Below, piece by piece: positions 25,501-38,300 of a stretch of 64,000 nt of DNA (its first letter is position 1; every line of letters begins with the position of its first letter). Below the pieces are notes generated by a model, which saw only the letters and a program-made list of their open reading frames with translations, made no database searches and was not told the origin of the DNA. Source of the DNA: Isurus oxyrinchus (lineage: Eukaryota); NCBI GenBank assembly GCA_026770705.1, contig JANJGN010000544.1:186001-250000 (forward strand). Reading direction: 5' to 3'. The position numbers and the translations under genes are program-made.

Positions 25501-25750
25501 GATGGATAAGCAGGTTATTTTCTGGCTGGAACAGTGGCGGGAGTGGAATGTAATAATTACCGAAATACGAGGCAATGCAATAAGAATGGACTCAGAGCCC
25601 AGTGTGATTACAGCAAAGGCATTGTTTAATTTTAGTGTAACGAGGACAGTGTTCGATCCAGTACTAACAGACGTAGATTGCAGTGTATTACTGAACACAT
25701 CACTCAGTCCAGTGTGCTGAGAGCACAGTCGGCGTCTAGTGCATCAAAAC
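22570..25750. repeat. Composite inverted repeat, copy 2 (terminus, array 22660-24100, core 24130-25080, inverted array 25130-25750)
   Basis: Core blocks align with copy 1, e.g. cctgatattcagttt at 3825 and 24199, ttcag.gaatgtgttaa at 4352 and 24607, and tcgagaat...gcagcttatt at 5533 and 24800. Confidence 0.65.
22602..22636 (+). promoter_or_regulatory. CTCF-like site in repeat terminus
   Basis: TGATAATAGC-aacgtg-TGTCCAGCAGACGGCAGTG. Confidence 0.55.
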
Positions 25751-25929
25751 CGAAGTTAAGGTGTCGTACATTAGTGTGTGTGATTCCGAAAACGTTGCAA
25801 ATAATTTGCCAAATAACAGAATCAAGGACCATTGAACTCTGAATGGAATAATGTTTGCGATGGGAACTGTGAACAGATCATGTCCGTGTTGAATATTTGG
25901 CAACAATCTCAGTCGTGGCTCAGAATATT

Positions 25930-26120
25930 TGGGTTCCAGTCTCTCTCCAGTTAAAATCCTAGAACTCTCTCCCTAACAACACTGCAGGTGTACCTACACC
26001 ATGTAGACTGCAGTGGTTCAAGAAGGCAGTTCACCACCACCTTCTCAAGGGAAATTTGGGATGGGCAATAAATGTTGGCCCAGCCAGCGAAGCTCGCATG
26101 CCGTGAATGAATGAGAAAAA
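25930..26120 (+). mobile_element. Family B LINE 3' tail
   Basis: caccaccaccttctcaaggg...gggatgggcaataaatg...gaatgaatg. Confidence 0.75.
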
Positions 26121-27254
26121 GAGACTAGACCCCATAAACTGGGTGGGTTCTGCAGGTGTCAGTATAAATTCAAGTTTAATTGCTTTTACGTCCTTCTGCC
26201 CAATATGTTCTTATACTCAGAAACGGTGAGGGAATATAGCAGACAGAACAATCCTGTACAGTTTCCCTATCCAGCCAGACAGGGGTTCCTGCGACACAAT
26301 CGCACGTTTGACTAGCGCGTTCACTGAAAAAAAATTCTTCGAGTTAAATTAATGAAACAAGTGGCGATTACATGGCCCGGGCAGACTGGAGTCTGGTATA
26401 ATAATGATCACAGAAGCAGCCTGCAATGTATGAATGACAGAGGCCGTTTTGACGGCTTGTACTCTTGTATTGACCGAGGTAGATGAGCAAAGAACATCCG
26501 AATGTAATTGTAAAGCAAACTGGAAGGAAAGTATGGTGTTTGGGGCATAGTGCAGGCTTCTATGCAACGATGAGCGGGGGAGGGATTTGTGTGATAAGAA
26601 ATTCATGGAGACATCATGACAAAGGCCCATATGACTGACTCCACCTGACTAAGAATGTTTATACCCAAGGGGGAGGCAATAAGGACATGGAGACTGCAGA
26701 GGTTCTGATAACTGAGCTGACACTGACGCACCTGTCAGTGGAACAGAAACGGATCTGTTCCTTCAGAGCTTTTCCTGCAGTTTTGGAGTTGCACAGAGGC
26801 ACACGGGCCGAATCTGACAGCTCAAACAAACCGACATTTTCAATCTTCTGCTTGATTTTCATTGTGACTGAAAAGGTCAAATAGCAAAATTTCCCCAGTG
26901 CAAAATTCAGTGCCACAGAGATTCAGGAGGTGGGGATTTTCTGATCAGAGTTCGATCCAGGGACATTCACTTGAAGTTCATAAATAGCGTCTTGAAAGAT
27001 ACCTGACAATTATCAGCATTACACGTACAGACACTTTCAGACGGCAGGATTAGCTCACCAGGTAAACTGTGTAATTATCACATTTTATTTGGGCTTAATA
27101 AAGGACAGAGGAGGTGCCGAAATGATACTGCAACAAGAAGATACATAAATACAGAAAGATAAACAGTAAGAAGTGCAGAAAATCATTTAAAAAGTCCTTA
27201 AACCTATTGTGCCTGTGTCGGCTCTTTTAAAGGTCTGTCCAATATTCCCCATAA

Positions 27255-28392
27255 TGGTCAGGAAAGCGAGATCTCAGGATATGCAGGGGAAGGTGGCAGG
27301 TTGGATCCAAATTTGTCTCATGACAAGAAACAAAGTGCAATGGTCAATGGGTGTTTCTGCGAGAGGGAAACGGTTCCCAGTGCTTTTCCACAACGCTCAG
27401 TGCTGGGCTCTTGCTGTTTGTTGTGTTTATTAATAACTTAAACTTAAATGTGAGAGGCATGATTGGGAAATTTGCAGGTGACGCAAAAATTGGTCGTGTA
27501 GTGGAGAGACTAGCTGTGGATTCCAAAATGACATGACTGGTTTGGTTGAGGAGGCGAAGTGGCAAATGGGATTGAATTTGGAAAAGTGTGAGCTAATGCA
27601 TTTGAGAGGGCGGAGGAGACAAAGCAAAGGAATTCTCAATAAACAGAAAGATATTGGGAGGTTGAGGAAGTGCGAGACCTTGGGGTGGATGTTCACAGCT
27701 TCCCAAAAGTTGGCGGGACAGGTGGACAAGGTGGTCAAGAAAACATATGCAATATTTTCCTTTATTTGGCGAGGTATTGAACAGTAAAGCAAGGATGTAA
27801 TAATGGAACTGTGTAAAACGCTGGTTAAACTACAGCTGGAGCTTTGCGTACAATCCTGGTCACCACGTTACAAGAAAGCATAATCGCTCGCAGAGAGCTT
27901 AGAGGAGATTTACAAGAATGTTGCCAGGGCTTGAAAATAGCATCTATGTGGAGAGATTAGATATGCTAGGGCTGTTTTCCTTAGAACAGAGAAGGCTAAG
28001 GGGTGACATGATTCAGGTGTACAAAATTACGAGGGGCCTATATAGGGCAGACAGAAAAGAGTTGTCTCTCGTCACTGAGCCGTCAATTATCAGGGGGAAG
28101 AGATTTAAGGTGATTGGTAGACAGATTAGAGGGGACATGAAGCAAAACATTTTGACCAAGATGGTGGTTGACATCTGGAATTCACTGCATAAGTTGGTGG
28201 TTGAAGTAGAAACGGTCAACCCATTTGAAAGGCACTTGGATCTGCACTGAACTGCTGTAACCTGCAAGGCCATTGACCAGGTGCTGGGAAGTGGAGTTAA
28301 AATGAGCGGCGAGTTTCTTTTATTTTTGGCCAGTGCAATCACAATGGGCTGAATGGCCTCTTTCTGCACCATAACTTTTCTAGGGTTCTATT
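27255..28392 (+). mobile_element. CR1 LINE RT C-terminus and 3' end
   Basis: FVVFINNL, GKFAGDAKIG, MLPGLEN..Y.ERLDMLGLFSLEQRRLRGDMIQVYKI, and the tail gggctgaatggcct. Confidence 0.88.
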
Positions 28393-29563
28393 ATCTGACA
28401 GTTTTTAAGCTCTAAAGTATGTATCCTCTTTCCAAAGTTGAATTCGCTTCTGCTATCATTTCAGGTTGTTCATTGCAGCTCATGACAATCCACCATGTTA
28501 ACAAAATCAATTCTCATCTCACCATCCAGTTGAATTAATCTGAATCTGTCATCTCTGATCACTGATTGTTGTGCCAGTTGAAACGGGCTCTCTTTATTTA
28601 CTCCATCAAACCTTTAGTGATTTTGAACATGTATATGAAAGAGATGTAGAGATGGAGAGAGATACCAGAACTGACACAGAGCATAAAACTGAGCGAGGTT
28701 AAAGAGAAATAAGGAAGAGGCGGCGAGAGAGGTAAATTGAGAAATAAAACCAACAAGCAACACAGAGCAAATGCCACAAAATATAAGGGAGCAAGCGGTC
28801 ATTTCCCAGCTTTAGAGAACAGGGGAAGTTCAGTGAATGATCCACAGACACATCCAGTTATGTCCTGGAATGGCAACTCGAAATAGAAATAGATCACAGC
28901 AGCCCCATTTGTAAATCTCACCGCAATGTGATCTGTGTGACTCTGCACTGACTCTGTGGCCAGATATAGGCTGCCTTCACAGATGTTTCCACCAGATTGT
29001 GGCCCCTAGATTTATTTACTGCTTAGAAGTGGGATGTGCGGTGAGGAACCAGCAACAGAGAAACAGCAAGTGGTGCTACCTGAGAATGAAACAGCAGCCG
29101 TCAGTTTGATGTTATCACCATGAACAGTCTTCTTGCCTGTGAGGGTGAACTCACTCTGACAGCATCAAGAAGCCCAGCGTAGATTGTTCCTAGTTTTTAC
29201 ATTGCATTCACCTCCATTCCCATATAAAAAACAAAACATATGAGTTTCTATTGGTTGTAGCATGTTTATTGAAGGTGGAGGTGGATTAAGGATTATCACT
29301 GGGAGAAAAAAATAAAAAAAAATTAAAAATCCTTCATGGATGACTCTTTGGGTAAAGAATGTTTTAAATGAATCATGTGTTGTCTGGTAAAGGGACAAGA
29401 GAGTTAAATGGCCTCTGTGTAAGAGCGGGGTTAGATCATTTATGTTGTGTCTGAGACAGTTGAAGTGATTAAGTTGCTGTTTTGGAAAGAAAAGAGGACA
29501 AGATGCTGAGCTGTTGAGAGAGAGAGAGAGAGACAGAGAGGGAGAGATAAGAGATTAAATGTG

Positions 29564-29707
29564 NNNNNNNNNNNNNNNNNNNNNNNNNNNNNNNNNNNNN
29601 NNNNNNNNNNNNNNNNNNNNNNNNNNNNNNNNNNNNNNNNNNNNNNNNNNNNNNNNNNNNNNNNNNNNNNNNNNNNNNNNNNNNNNNNNNNNNNNNNNNN
29701 NNNNNNN
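29564..29707. other. Assembly gap (144 N)
   Basis: Run of n, next to a (GA)n tract. Confidence 1.
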
Positions 29708-29709
29708 TT

Positions 29710-30570
29710 TAGTGTAGTCTTAAATGAGCTGTGGCCTAGTGTGTTGTAAACATAAACAGTGTTTGGATCAGTCTAACTGAGGAACATCCTTGTGTAATTT
29801 AAAAGCACTCCAGCTTGAAGGTGATAACTCAGACTAGCCTAATTTAATAGAAATAGAGATATGGACTATTTTAATATTAGATGAAGAAGGTTCGGCTGTA
29901 ACAGTAACAGTGACATTGTCTAAAGCAGAAAAACTGAGGATGAATCCACTGCAGCCATTACATATAAAGTAACTGGAGGAAAATAATTTCATACAGTGCC
30001 TAAAGGCAGTGATTTATGATACAGGGTTTGATCAATATAAACGGAGACACGGTCAAGTGCACTGGCTGATGATGCAGGGTTTGATCAGTAACAACTGAGG
30101 CAGGGACAAGTGCGGTGTTTGACAATACAGGGCCTAGATTAATATCAATTGAAACAGGGCCTAGTGAAGGAATTACTTATTAAGCTCCTTGATGAATATA
30201 AACTGAGATGAGGTCTAGTAGCAGTGATTAGTGTAACAGGGTCTAGATTTAAATGAATTGAGGCATGGTAAAGTGCAGTGATTACTGATACAAGACCTAG
30301 ATTGATATAAACTGGGACAGTGCCTAGTGCAGCGATGACTGTTACTGTGCAGAGATTAATGTAAACTGAGACAATGCCTAGTGAATCAATTACTGATTAA
30401 GAGCCTTGGTGAATATAAACTGGGGCAGGGGCAAGTGCAGTGATTACTGATGTAAGGCCTAGATTTATATAAAGTGAGGGAGGGTCAAGTTCTGTGAATA
30501 CTGATACTGGACCTGGGTTAAAATGAACAGAACAGAATCTAGTGCCGCCATTACCGATACATCACCTGAC
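29710..30570 (+). repeat. Diverged left part of the 27/54-bp satellite
   Basis: Units such as gcagtgattactgatacaagacctagattgatataaactgggacag. Confidence 0.8.
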
Positions 30571-30574
30571 ATAG

Positions 30575-31990
30575 GTGTACAACCTCATATCCCTCACTTG
30601 GGAAGGGGACTGCATGCTGAGGGAGCTCAGGAATCCTCTGATTATGAGTCTACTCAAGAAGGGAGACAAGTCTGATTGCAGTAACCCAAAAGAATCCCCT
30701 TTGCTGTCTTCCAGAGGGAAGATTATTGCAAGCATCCTCCTCAGTCACACACTTACCATGACCACAGAGCTCTTCTCAGAGACGCAATGACATTTTCACC
30801 CATCGAGAGGCACCCTGATGTTCCCTGTGTGGCAAATCAATGAGAACTGCCACGAGCAGCAGCAACAGCTGCACAAGGCCTTGCTCCGCATCACAAATGC
30901 CTTTTCCTCTGCCGACGATTAAGACATATGGAGTATCCCCTCAAATTTGGTGCCGTCAGAAATTTTTCACCATCCTCCATCTGTTCCACAATGGATTGCA
31001 AGCCCTGATCCTCACCAGCGGAACCAGCACGGACCCTACCTCAGTGAAAACTGGGGTCAGACAGGCTTGTGTCACCGCACCAACCCTCTCCTCATTGTTT
31101 TCTCTATGTAATAGTTCACCTCACCTCCAGATTACCCACAGGTGTGGAGACAATCTAGCAAACCGATGGGAAACTGTTGATCCTACACCACCTTCAATCC
31201 AAAACCAAAATCTCCCAGCATCATTCATTGAGCTTCAGTAATCTTCTGGTTCTTGTGTGCACCCTTACTGAAAACTGAGCTCCAGTTTATTGCTGACAAC
31301 TTCTTTGAAGGATATGAAAAAAATGGCTTTCCATTAAACACCCAGAAAGATAAGACTCACTTCCAAACAGCCCCCAGACCACAAAACCGCCCCCATTGGC
31401 AAGATGCTGAAAATGTGGATCTTCTTCAATACCTTCAGAGACTCCTCTCTAGGAAGGCAGAAATAGGCAACAAAACTCATCATCGAGTCTAATGCAGAGG
31501 GCCAGCCTTCGGCCAACAGATGATCATGGCATTTGAGGATTAGAATTCCAAACCCAAGTCTCTGGCCATGGTATACTGGGCAGCAGTGATCTCCAAGCAC
31601 TAAATGCTTCTGAGCCTTGGACAACATCGAGTAGGCACCTCTAAGTTCTGAAGAATTAATACCAGCAGTGCCATTAGAAGGTTCTACAAACCCAATGTGA
31701 GGAAAGGCAGTGAAACAGCAGTGTCCTCTCTCAAACCAACGTGCCCAACAGAGAGACACTCATCACTCAATAGCGACTCTGCTGAGTGGAACATATGGTT
31801 CATATGCTGAACACAAAACTCCCAAAGTCATTAATCCACTTGGAACTCTGTCTCGGCAGGAGGCAAATAGAGTGCTTGAGGGATGTGCTCAAAGCATCCC
31901 AGAAATGTTCGAACATATCTGCCAATACATGGGGGTCCCTAGTTTGTGGGTGATCAAAATCAAAGAAGCTTATTGGGGAAGGCTGATGTC
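30575..31990 (+). mobile_element. RTE-clade LINE fragment (RT)
   Basis: LISLTWE, KKGDKSDCSN, PLLSSRGKIIASILL, VKTGVRQACVTAPTL. Frameshifted. Confidence 0.82.
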
Positions 31991-32004
31991 CACTAATATC
32001 TTCA

Positions 32005-32310
32005 GGGGAGTCGTGCCAGGGTCACTCAGCTCCTGATCCCATTACAGCCTTGGTCTAAACATGGACAAATGAGCTAAAATCTAAAGTTGAGGTGAAAGTA
32101 ACAGCCTTTGATATGAAGGCAGCATCTGCCAGATTGTGGCATCAAGGAGCAAAACTGGAGTCAATGGGAATCAGCGGGGAAACTCTCTGTTGGTCGGTGT
32201 CATGTGTAACACAGATGAAGATGGTTGTGGTTGTTGGAGATCAATCATCTCAGTTATCCAGAACATCACTGCAGTTGTTAATTAGAGTAATGCCCTAGGT
32301 CCAACCGTCT
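32005..32310 (+). mobile_element. Family B LINE internal fragment
   Basis: VTAFDMKAASARLWHQG.KLESMGISGETL. Confidence 0.75.
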
Positions 32311-32394
32311 TTAGCAGAGTCTACAGCCAAATCAGAACATATCGAAGTGGCATGGCAGCATGTCATCCTCGATCCTCAGGAAATGCCTAAGAAG

Positions 32395-35300
32395 AAGGAG
32401 ACAGTCTCTAGATGAACTTAAACTGAGACAGAACATAGAGCAGTGATTACTGATCCAGGTTCTAGATTAATCTCTATGTCTATTACTGAAACAGGGGCGA
32501 GATTGGTATTGACTAAATTAGAGTCTAGTGCACTAATAACTTAACAGACCCTAAGTATTATAAGCGGAGTAGGGGCATTGTGCAGCAATTATAGATACAG
32601 TACCTCGGTTACTATAAACAGAGACAGGGCCTATCACAGTGAATGCTGATACAGGGCTTGGAATAAAACAACCTGAGACAGCATCTACCACAGTGATTAC
32701 AGACACAGGGCCTAGATTTATATAAACTGAGACAGGGTTTGTTAGAGTAATTACTGATGCAGGGCCTCGGTTAATATAAGCTGAGACAGGGCCTATTCCA
32801 TTGATTACTGATACAGGGCCGAGATTAATATAAATGGAGACAGGGCCTATTACATTGATTATTAATACAGGGCCGAGATTAATTTAAGCTATGACTGGAT
32901 CAATTACAGAGAGTACTGATGCAAGGTAAAGATTCATATAAACTGAGGCAGGGTCTATTACAGTGAATCCTGATACAGGGTCTATATTCATATAAACTGA
33001 GACAGGGTCAATCATAATAATTATTGATACAGGGTCTAAATTAATATCGGCTGTGGGCAGGGTCTATAACAGTAATTACCAATACAATGTCTGTATGAAT
33101 ATAAAAAGAGACATGGTATATCACAATGATTACTGATACAAGGTCTGTATTAATATAAACTGAGATAGAGACCATTACACTGATTATTGATACAAGGTAT
33201 GGATTGATGTCAGCAGAGGCTGTGCTTATCACAGTGACTACTCTTGCAAGTTTTGGATTAACATAAACTGAGACACGGTCTATTCCAATAATTACCAACA
33301 CAATTCCTGTATTAATATAAACTGACACAGCGTCTATTACGGAGATAACTGATACAAGCTATGAATACATATCAACTGAGGCAGGGTCTATTACATGAAT
33401 TCTGACACAGAGAATGAATTCATACCAACTGAAACACCATGTATTACAGTTGTTACTGATGCATTGTCTGGGTTAATATTGGCTGAGATGGGGTCTGTCA
33501 CAGTTATTAATGATAAATGGTCTAGATTAATTTGAATGGAGACAAGGTATATTACAGTGATTACTGATACAAATTATGTATTAATACAAACTGAGACAGG
33601 GTCTATTGCAATGATTACTGATACAAGTATGTATTCATATCAACTATTACAGGGCCAATTACAGTGATTACTGAAACAGGGACTGGATTAATATAAACAG
33701 GGACAAGGTCTATTAAAGTGATTACTGATATATGGTATGGATTAGAATAACCTGACAAAGCCTGTTGCAATGATTACTAATGCCGGGTCTAGATTAATAT
33801 AAACAGAGACAGGGTCTATTACAGCAATCACCAATACAAGATATGGATTGATATAAACTAAGTCAGGGTCAGCTTCAGTGATTACTGATGCAAGGGACTG
33901 ATTAATAGCAAATGAGACACAGTCTGTAACAGTGATTACTGTTACAATGTATGGACTGATGTAAACTGAGACAGGGTCTTTTACAGTGATTACTGAGACA
34001 ATTACAGTGATTAATGATACAAGTTATGGATTAATATCAACTGAGTCAGGGTCCATTACAGTGATTACTGATACAGGGTCTAGATGAATATAAACTGATA
34101 CAGGGTCTCTTCCAGGGACTACTGATGCAAGGTACGGATTAATAAAAAAATGAGACAGGGTTTATTACAGTGATTATTGATGCATTGTATGAATTAAAAG
34201 AAACTGAGACAGAGTATATTACAGTAATTATCAATACAATGTCCTTATTAATATAAACTGAGACAGAGTCTATTACTGTGATCAATGATACAAGGTGTGG
34301 ATTAATATCAACTGAGTCAGGGCCCATTACAGTGATTACTGATATAGGGTCTAGATCAATAGAAACTGAGGCAGAGATTATTACAGTGATTATCGGTGCA
34401 AGGTATGGATTAATATACACTGAGTCATGGTATGTTACAGTGATTACTAATACAAGGACTGGATTCATATCAACTGAGACAAGGTCTATTACAGTGATCA
34501 CTGATGCAATGTCTGGGTTAACATAAATTTGGACAGGATATATTCGAGTGATTATTGATACATGGTATTGATTAAAATTAACTGAAACAGTGTCTGTTAC
34601 ATTTATTAATGATAAATGGTCTAGATTAATAGAAACTGAGACAGGGTCTCTTCCAGTGATTACTGATTCAAGGTATGGATTAACATAAACTGAGACACTG
34701 TCTATCACAATGATTACTGATACAGGGTCTGCATTAATATAAAGCGAGACAAGGTCTATTACAGTTATTACCAATACAAGCCTTGGATGGATATAAACAT
34801 AGTCAGGGTCTACTTTAGTGATTACTGATACAAAGTATTGATGAATAGCAATTATGACAGGGTCTATTATGGTAATTACTGATACATGGTCTAGAATAAT
34901 ATAACCTGAGGCAGAGTCTATATCAGGGTCTATTAGTGATTACTGATACAGAGTCTAGATTAATATAAATGGAGACAGGATAAATCACAGTGATTATTGA
35001 TACAGGATCTACATTAATATAGACATAGCACCGGGTCTATTACAGTAATTGCCGATACAATGTCTATGTTAATATAAACTGAAACATGGTATATCTAAGC
35101 GATTACTGAAACAAGGTTGTACTAATATTAACTGAGACAGGGTCTGTTACAGTGATTACTGATACAAATTATGAATTAATATAAACTGAGACAGGGTCTA
35201 TTACAATGATTACAGATAAAAGGTATGGATTTGTACCAACTGCGATAGGGTTTATTACAGTGATTACTGATACAATGTCTGGATTAGTATAAACTGAGAC

Positions 35301-38300
35301 AAGGTCTTTTACTTTGATTACTAATACATGGTACTGATTAAAATAACTTGAAAGAGCCTGTTACAATGACTACCAACACAGGGCCTAGATTAATATAATA
35401 GACAGTGTCTATTATAGTGTTTACAAATACAAGGCTTGGATTGATATAAATTCATTCAGAATCAACTTCAGTGATTATTGATACAAGGTATTGATTAATA
35501 TCAGCTGAGACAGGGACTTTTATTGTGATTACTGAGACAAGGTCTGCATTAATATAAACCAAGGCATGATCTATTACAGTGGTTACTGATACAAGGTGTT
35601 GATTAACATCAACTGAGTCAGGATCAATTTCAATGATGACTGATACAGGATCCAGATGAATATAAACTGTGTCAAGGTCTATTGGAGTAATTACTGTTAC
35701 AGATAATGGATTAACATAATCTGAGACAGGGTGTAATACAGTCATTCCTGATGAAGGGTATGGATTAATAAACTGATCAACAGAGTTTATTGCAGTGATT
35801 AGTGATACTAGTAATGGCTTAATATCCACTGTGAAAGGGTGTATTACATTAATTACAAAAAAAACTATGCCTGTATTACTATAGACTGAGAGATGGTATC
35901 TAACAGTTGTTTTTGATACAATGTATGGATTAATATCAACTGAGGCAGGGTCTATTACAGTGGTTATTAAGCACAGTCTAGATTAGTGTAAATGGAGACA
36001 GGGTCAATCACAATGATTATTGATACAGAATCTAGGTGAATACAGACTAAAGACATGGCCTATTGCAGTAATTACCAATACAATGCCTGTCTTAATTAGC
36101 GATTACTGATATAAAGTATGGATTAATATCAACTGAGACAGAGCTTGTTATAGTGACTACAGATACAAGTTTTTAGATTAACAATTCTGAGACATGATCT
36201 ATTATGGTAATTACCAATGCAATGTGTGTGTTTATATAAACTGAGACAGTGTATATTACAGAGCATACTGATGCAAGGTATGGATTCATAACAATTGATA
36301 GAGGGTCAGTTAAAGTGATTAATGATACAGGGTCTGGATTAATATAAATTGAGACAGGGTCCATTACAGTGATTACTGATACAAGTTATGGATTAATATA
36401 AACTGAGACAAGGCCTATTACAATGATTACTCATATATGGTATGGATTAAAATAAACTCAGACCGGGTCTGTTACATTGATTTCTGATACAGGGTCTAGA
36501 TTAATATAAACTGAGGCAGGGTCTATTAGAGTAATTACCTACACAAGATCTGAATTAATATAAACTGAGACAGGGTATATTACTGTGATTACCAATAGAA
36601 GGTCTGTATTGATATAAACTAAGTCAGGGTCAGCATCAGTGATTACTGATTCAAGGTTTTGATTAATATCAACTGAGACAGCACCTATTATAATGATTAG
36701 TGATACAGGATCAAGCTTAATATAAACTGAGAGAAGACCTAATACAGTGATTACAGATGCAAGGCATGGATTAATATCAACTGAGATAGGGTCTATTACA
36801 GTGATTGCTAATACAGGATCTAGATTAATATAAACTGAAACAAGGTCGACTACAATGATTTTTGATACAGGGTCGAGATTAATATAAACTGAGTCAGCAT
36901 CTATTAGACTAATTACTACTTCACGGTCGGTATCAATATAAACTGAGACAGGGTCTATTACACTGATTATTGATACAGGGTCTAGATTAATATAAGTGGA
37001 TACACTGTCAATCAGAATGATTATTGATATTGGATCTACATTAATATGGACTCAGGACAGTGTCTATTTCAGTGAGTAATGATACAAGTTATCGATTAAT
37101 ATAAACTGAGACAGGTGCTATTACAGTAATTACCAATGCAATGTCCGTATTGATATGAACTGAGACAGGGTCTATTACACTGATTACTGATTCAAGGCCT
37201 GCATTACCATAAACAGAGACATAGTCTATTGCATTGATTACTGATACAAGTTTTGGATTAATATAATCTGAGACAGGGTATATTGCAGTGTTTACACTGA
37301 TACAAGATATGGATTCATATCAATTGAGATAGAGCCTATTACAGTGATTCCTGATACAGGGTCTGTATTAATATGAACTGAGAAAAGGCCTACTACAGTG
37401 ATTATTGTTATATGGTATGAATTAAAATAAACTGAGACAGGGTCTCTTACAATGCTTACGGATACAGAGTCTGGATTAATTAAAACAGAGGCAGGCTCTA
37501 TTACAGTGGTTGCCAATAAAAGGCTTTGATTGATCTAAACTGAGTCAGGGCCTACTTCAGTGATTACTGACACAAGGTATTGATTAATTTCAATGGAGAC
37601 AGGGTCTGTTGCAATGATAAATGTTGCAATGCATGGATTGAATTAAACTGAGACAGGGTCTTTTACAGTGATTAATGAGACAAGGTCAGTATTAATATAA
37701 ACTGAGACAGGGTCTATTACGGTGATTACTGATACAGGGCCTGGAATAATGTAAACTGAGACACGGTCCATTACAGTGATTACTGATACATGGTATGGAT
37801 TAATAAAAAATGAGACAGGTATTATTACAGTAATTACTGATACATGGCATGGATTAAAATAAACTGCGACAGTATCTGTTAAAGTTCTTACTGATACATG
37901 GTCTTGATTCAGGTTAATTGAGACCGTGCCTCTTTCAGTGATTAATAATACAAGGTCTGGATTGATATAAATTGAGACAGGGTCTATTCCAGTCATTATC
38001 AAAATTAGGTCTGTCTAATATAGATTTAGTCAGCATCTACTTCAGTGATTACTGATACAAGGTATTGATTAATATCAACTGAGACAGGGTCAGTTACAGT
38101 GGTTATTGGTAAAATATTTGGATTGATATAAACTGAGATAGGGTCTTTTACAGTCATTAATGATACAAGGCCTGTATTAATATAAAATGAGACATGGTCC
38201 ATTACAGTGATTACTGATACAAGATGTGGATTAAAATAAAGTGAGACAAGGTCTGTTAAATTTATTATTGATACATGGTATGGATTAAAAGAAACTGAGA

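Noticed and set aside
26370-26900. GLYSC word suggesting an Ig domain
   Set aside because: No D-x-G-x-Y-x-C spacing, no first Cys or Trp in frame, early stops and no RSS.
29010-29170. Minus-strand QSEFTLT...GDNIKLT.AVS resembling V FR1
   Set aside because: Lacks the conserved Cys, the FR2 Trp, YYC and an RSS.
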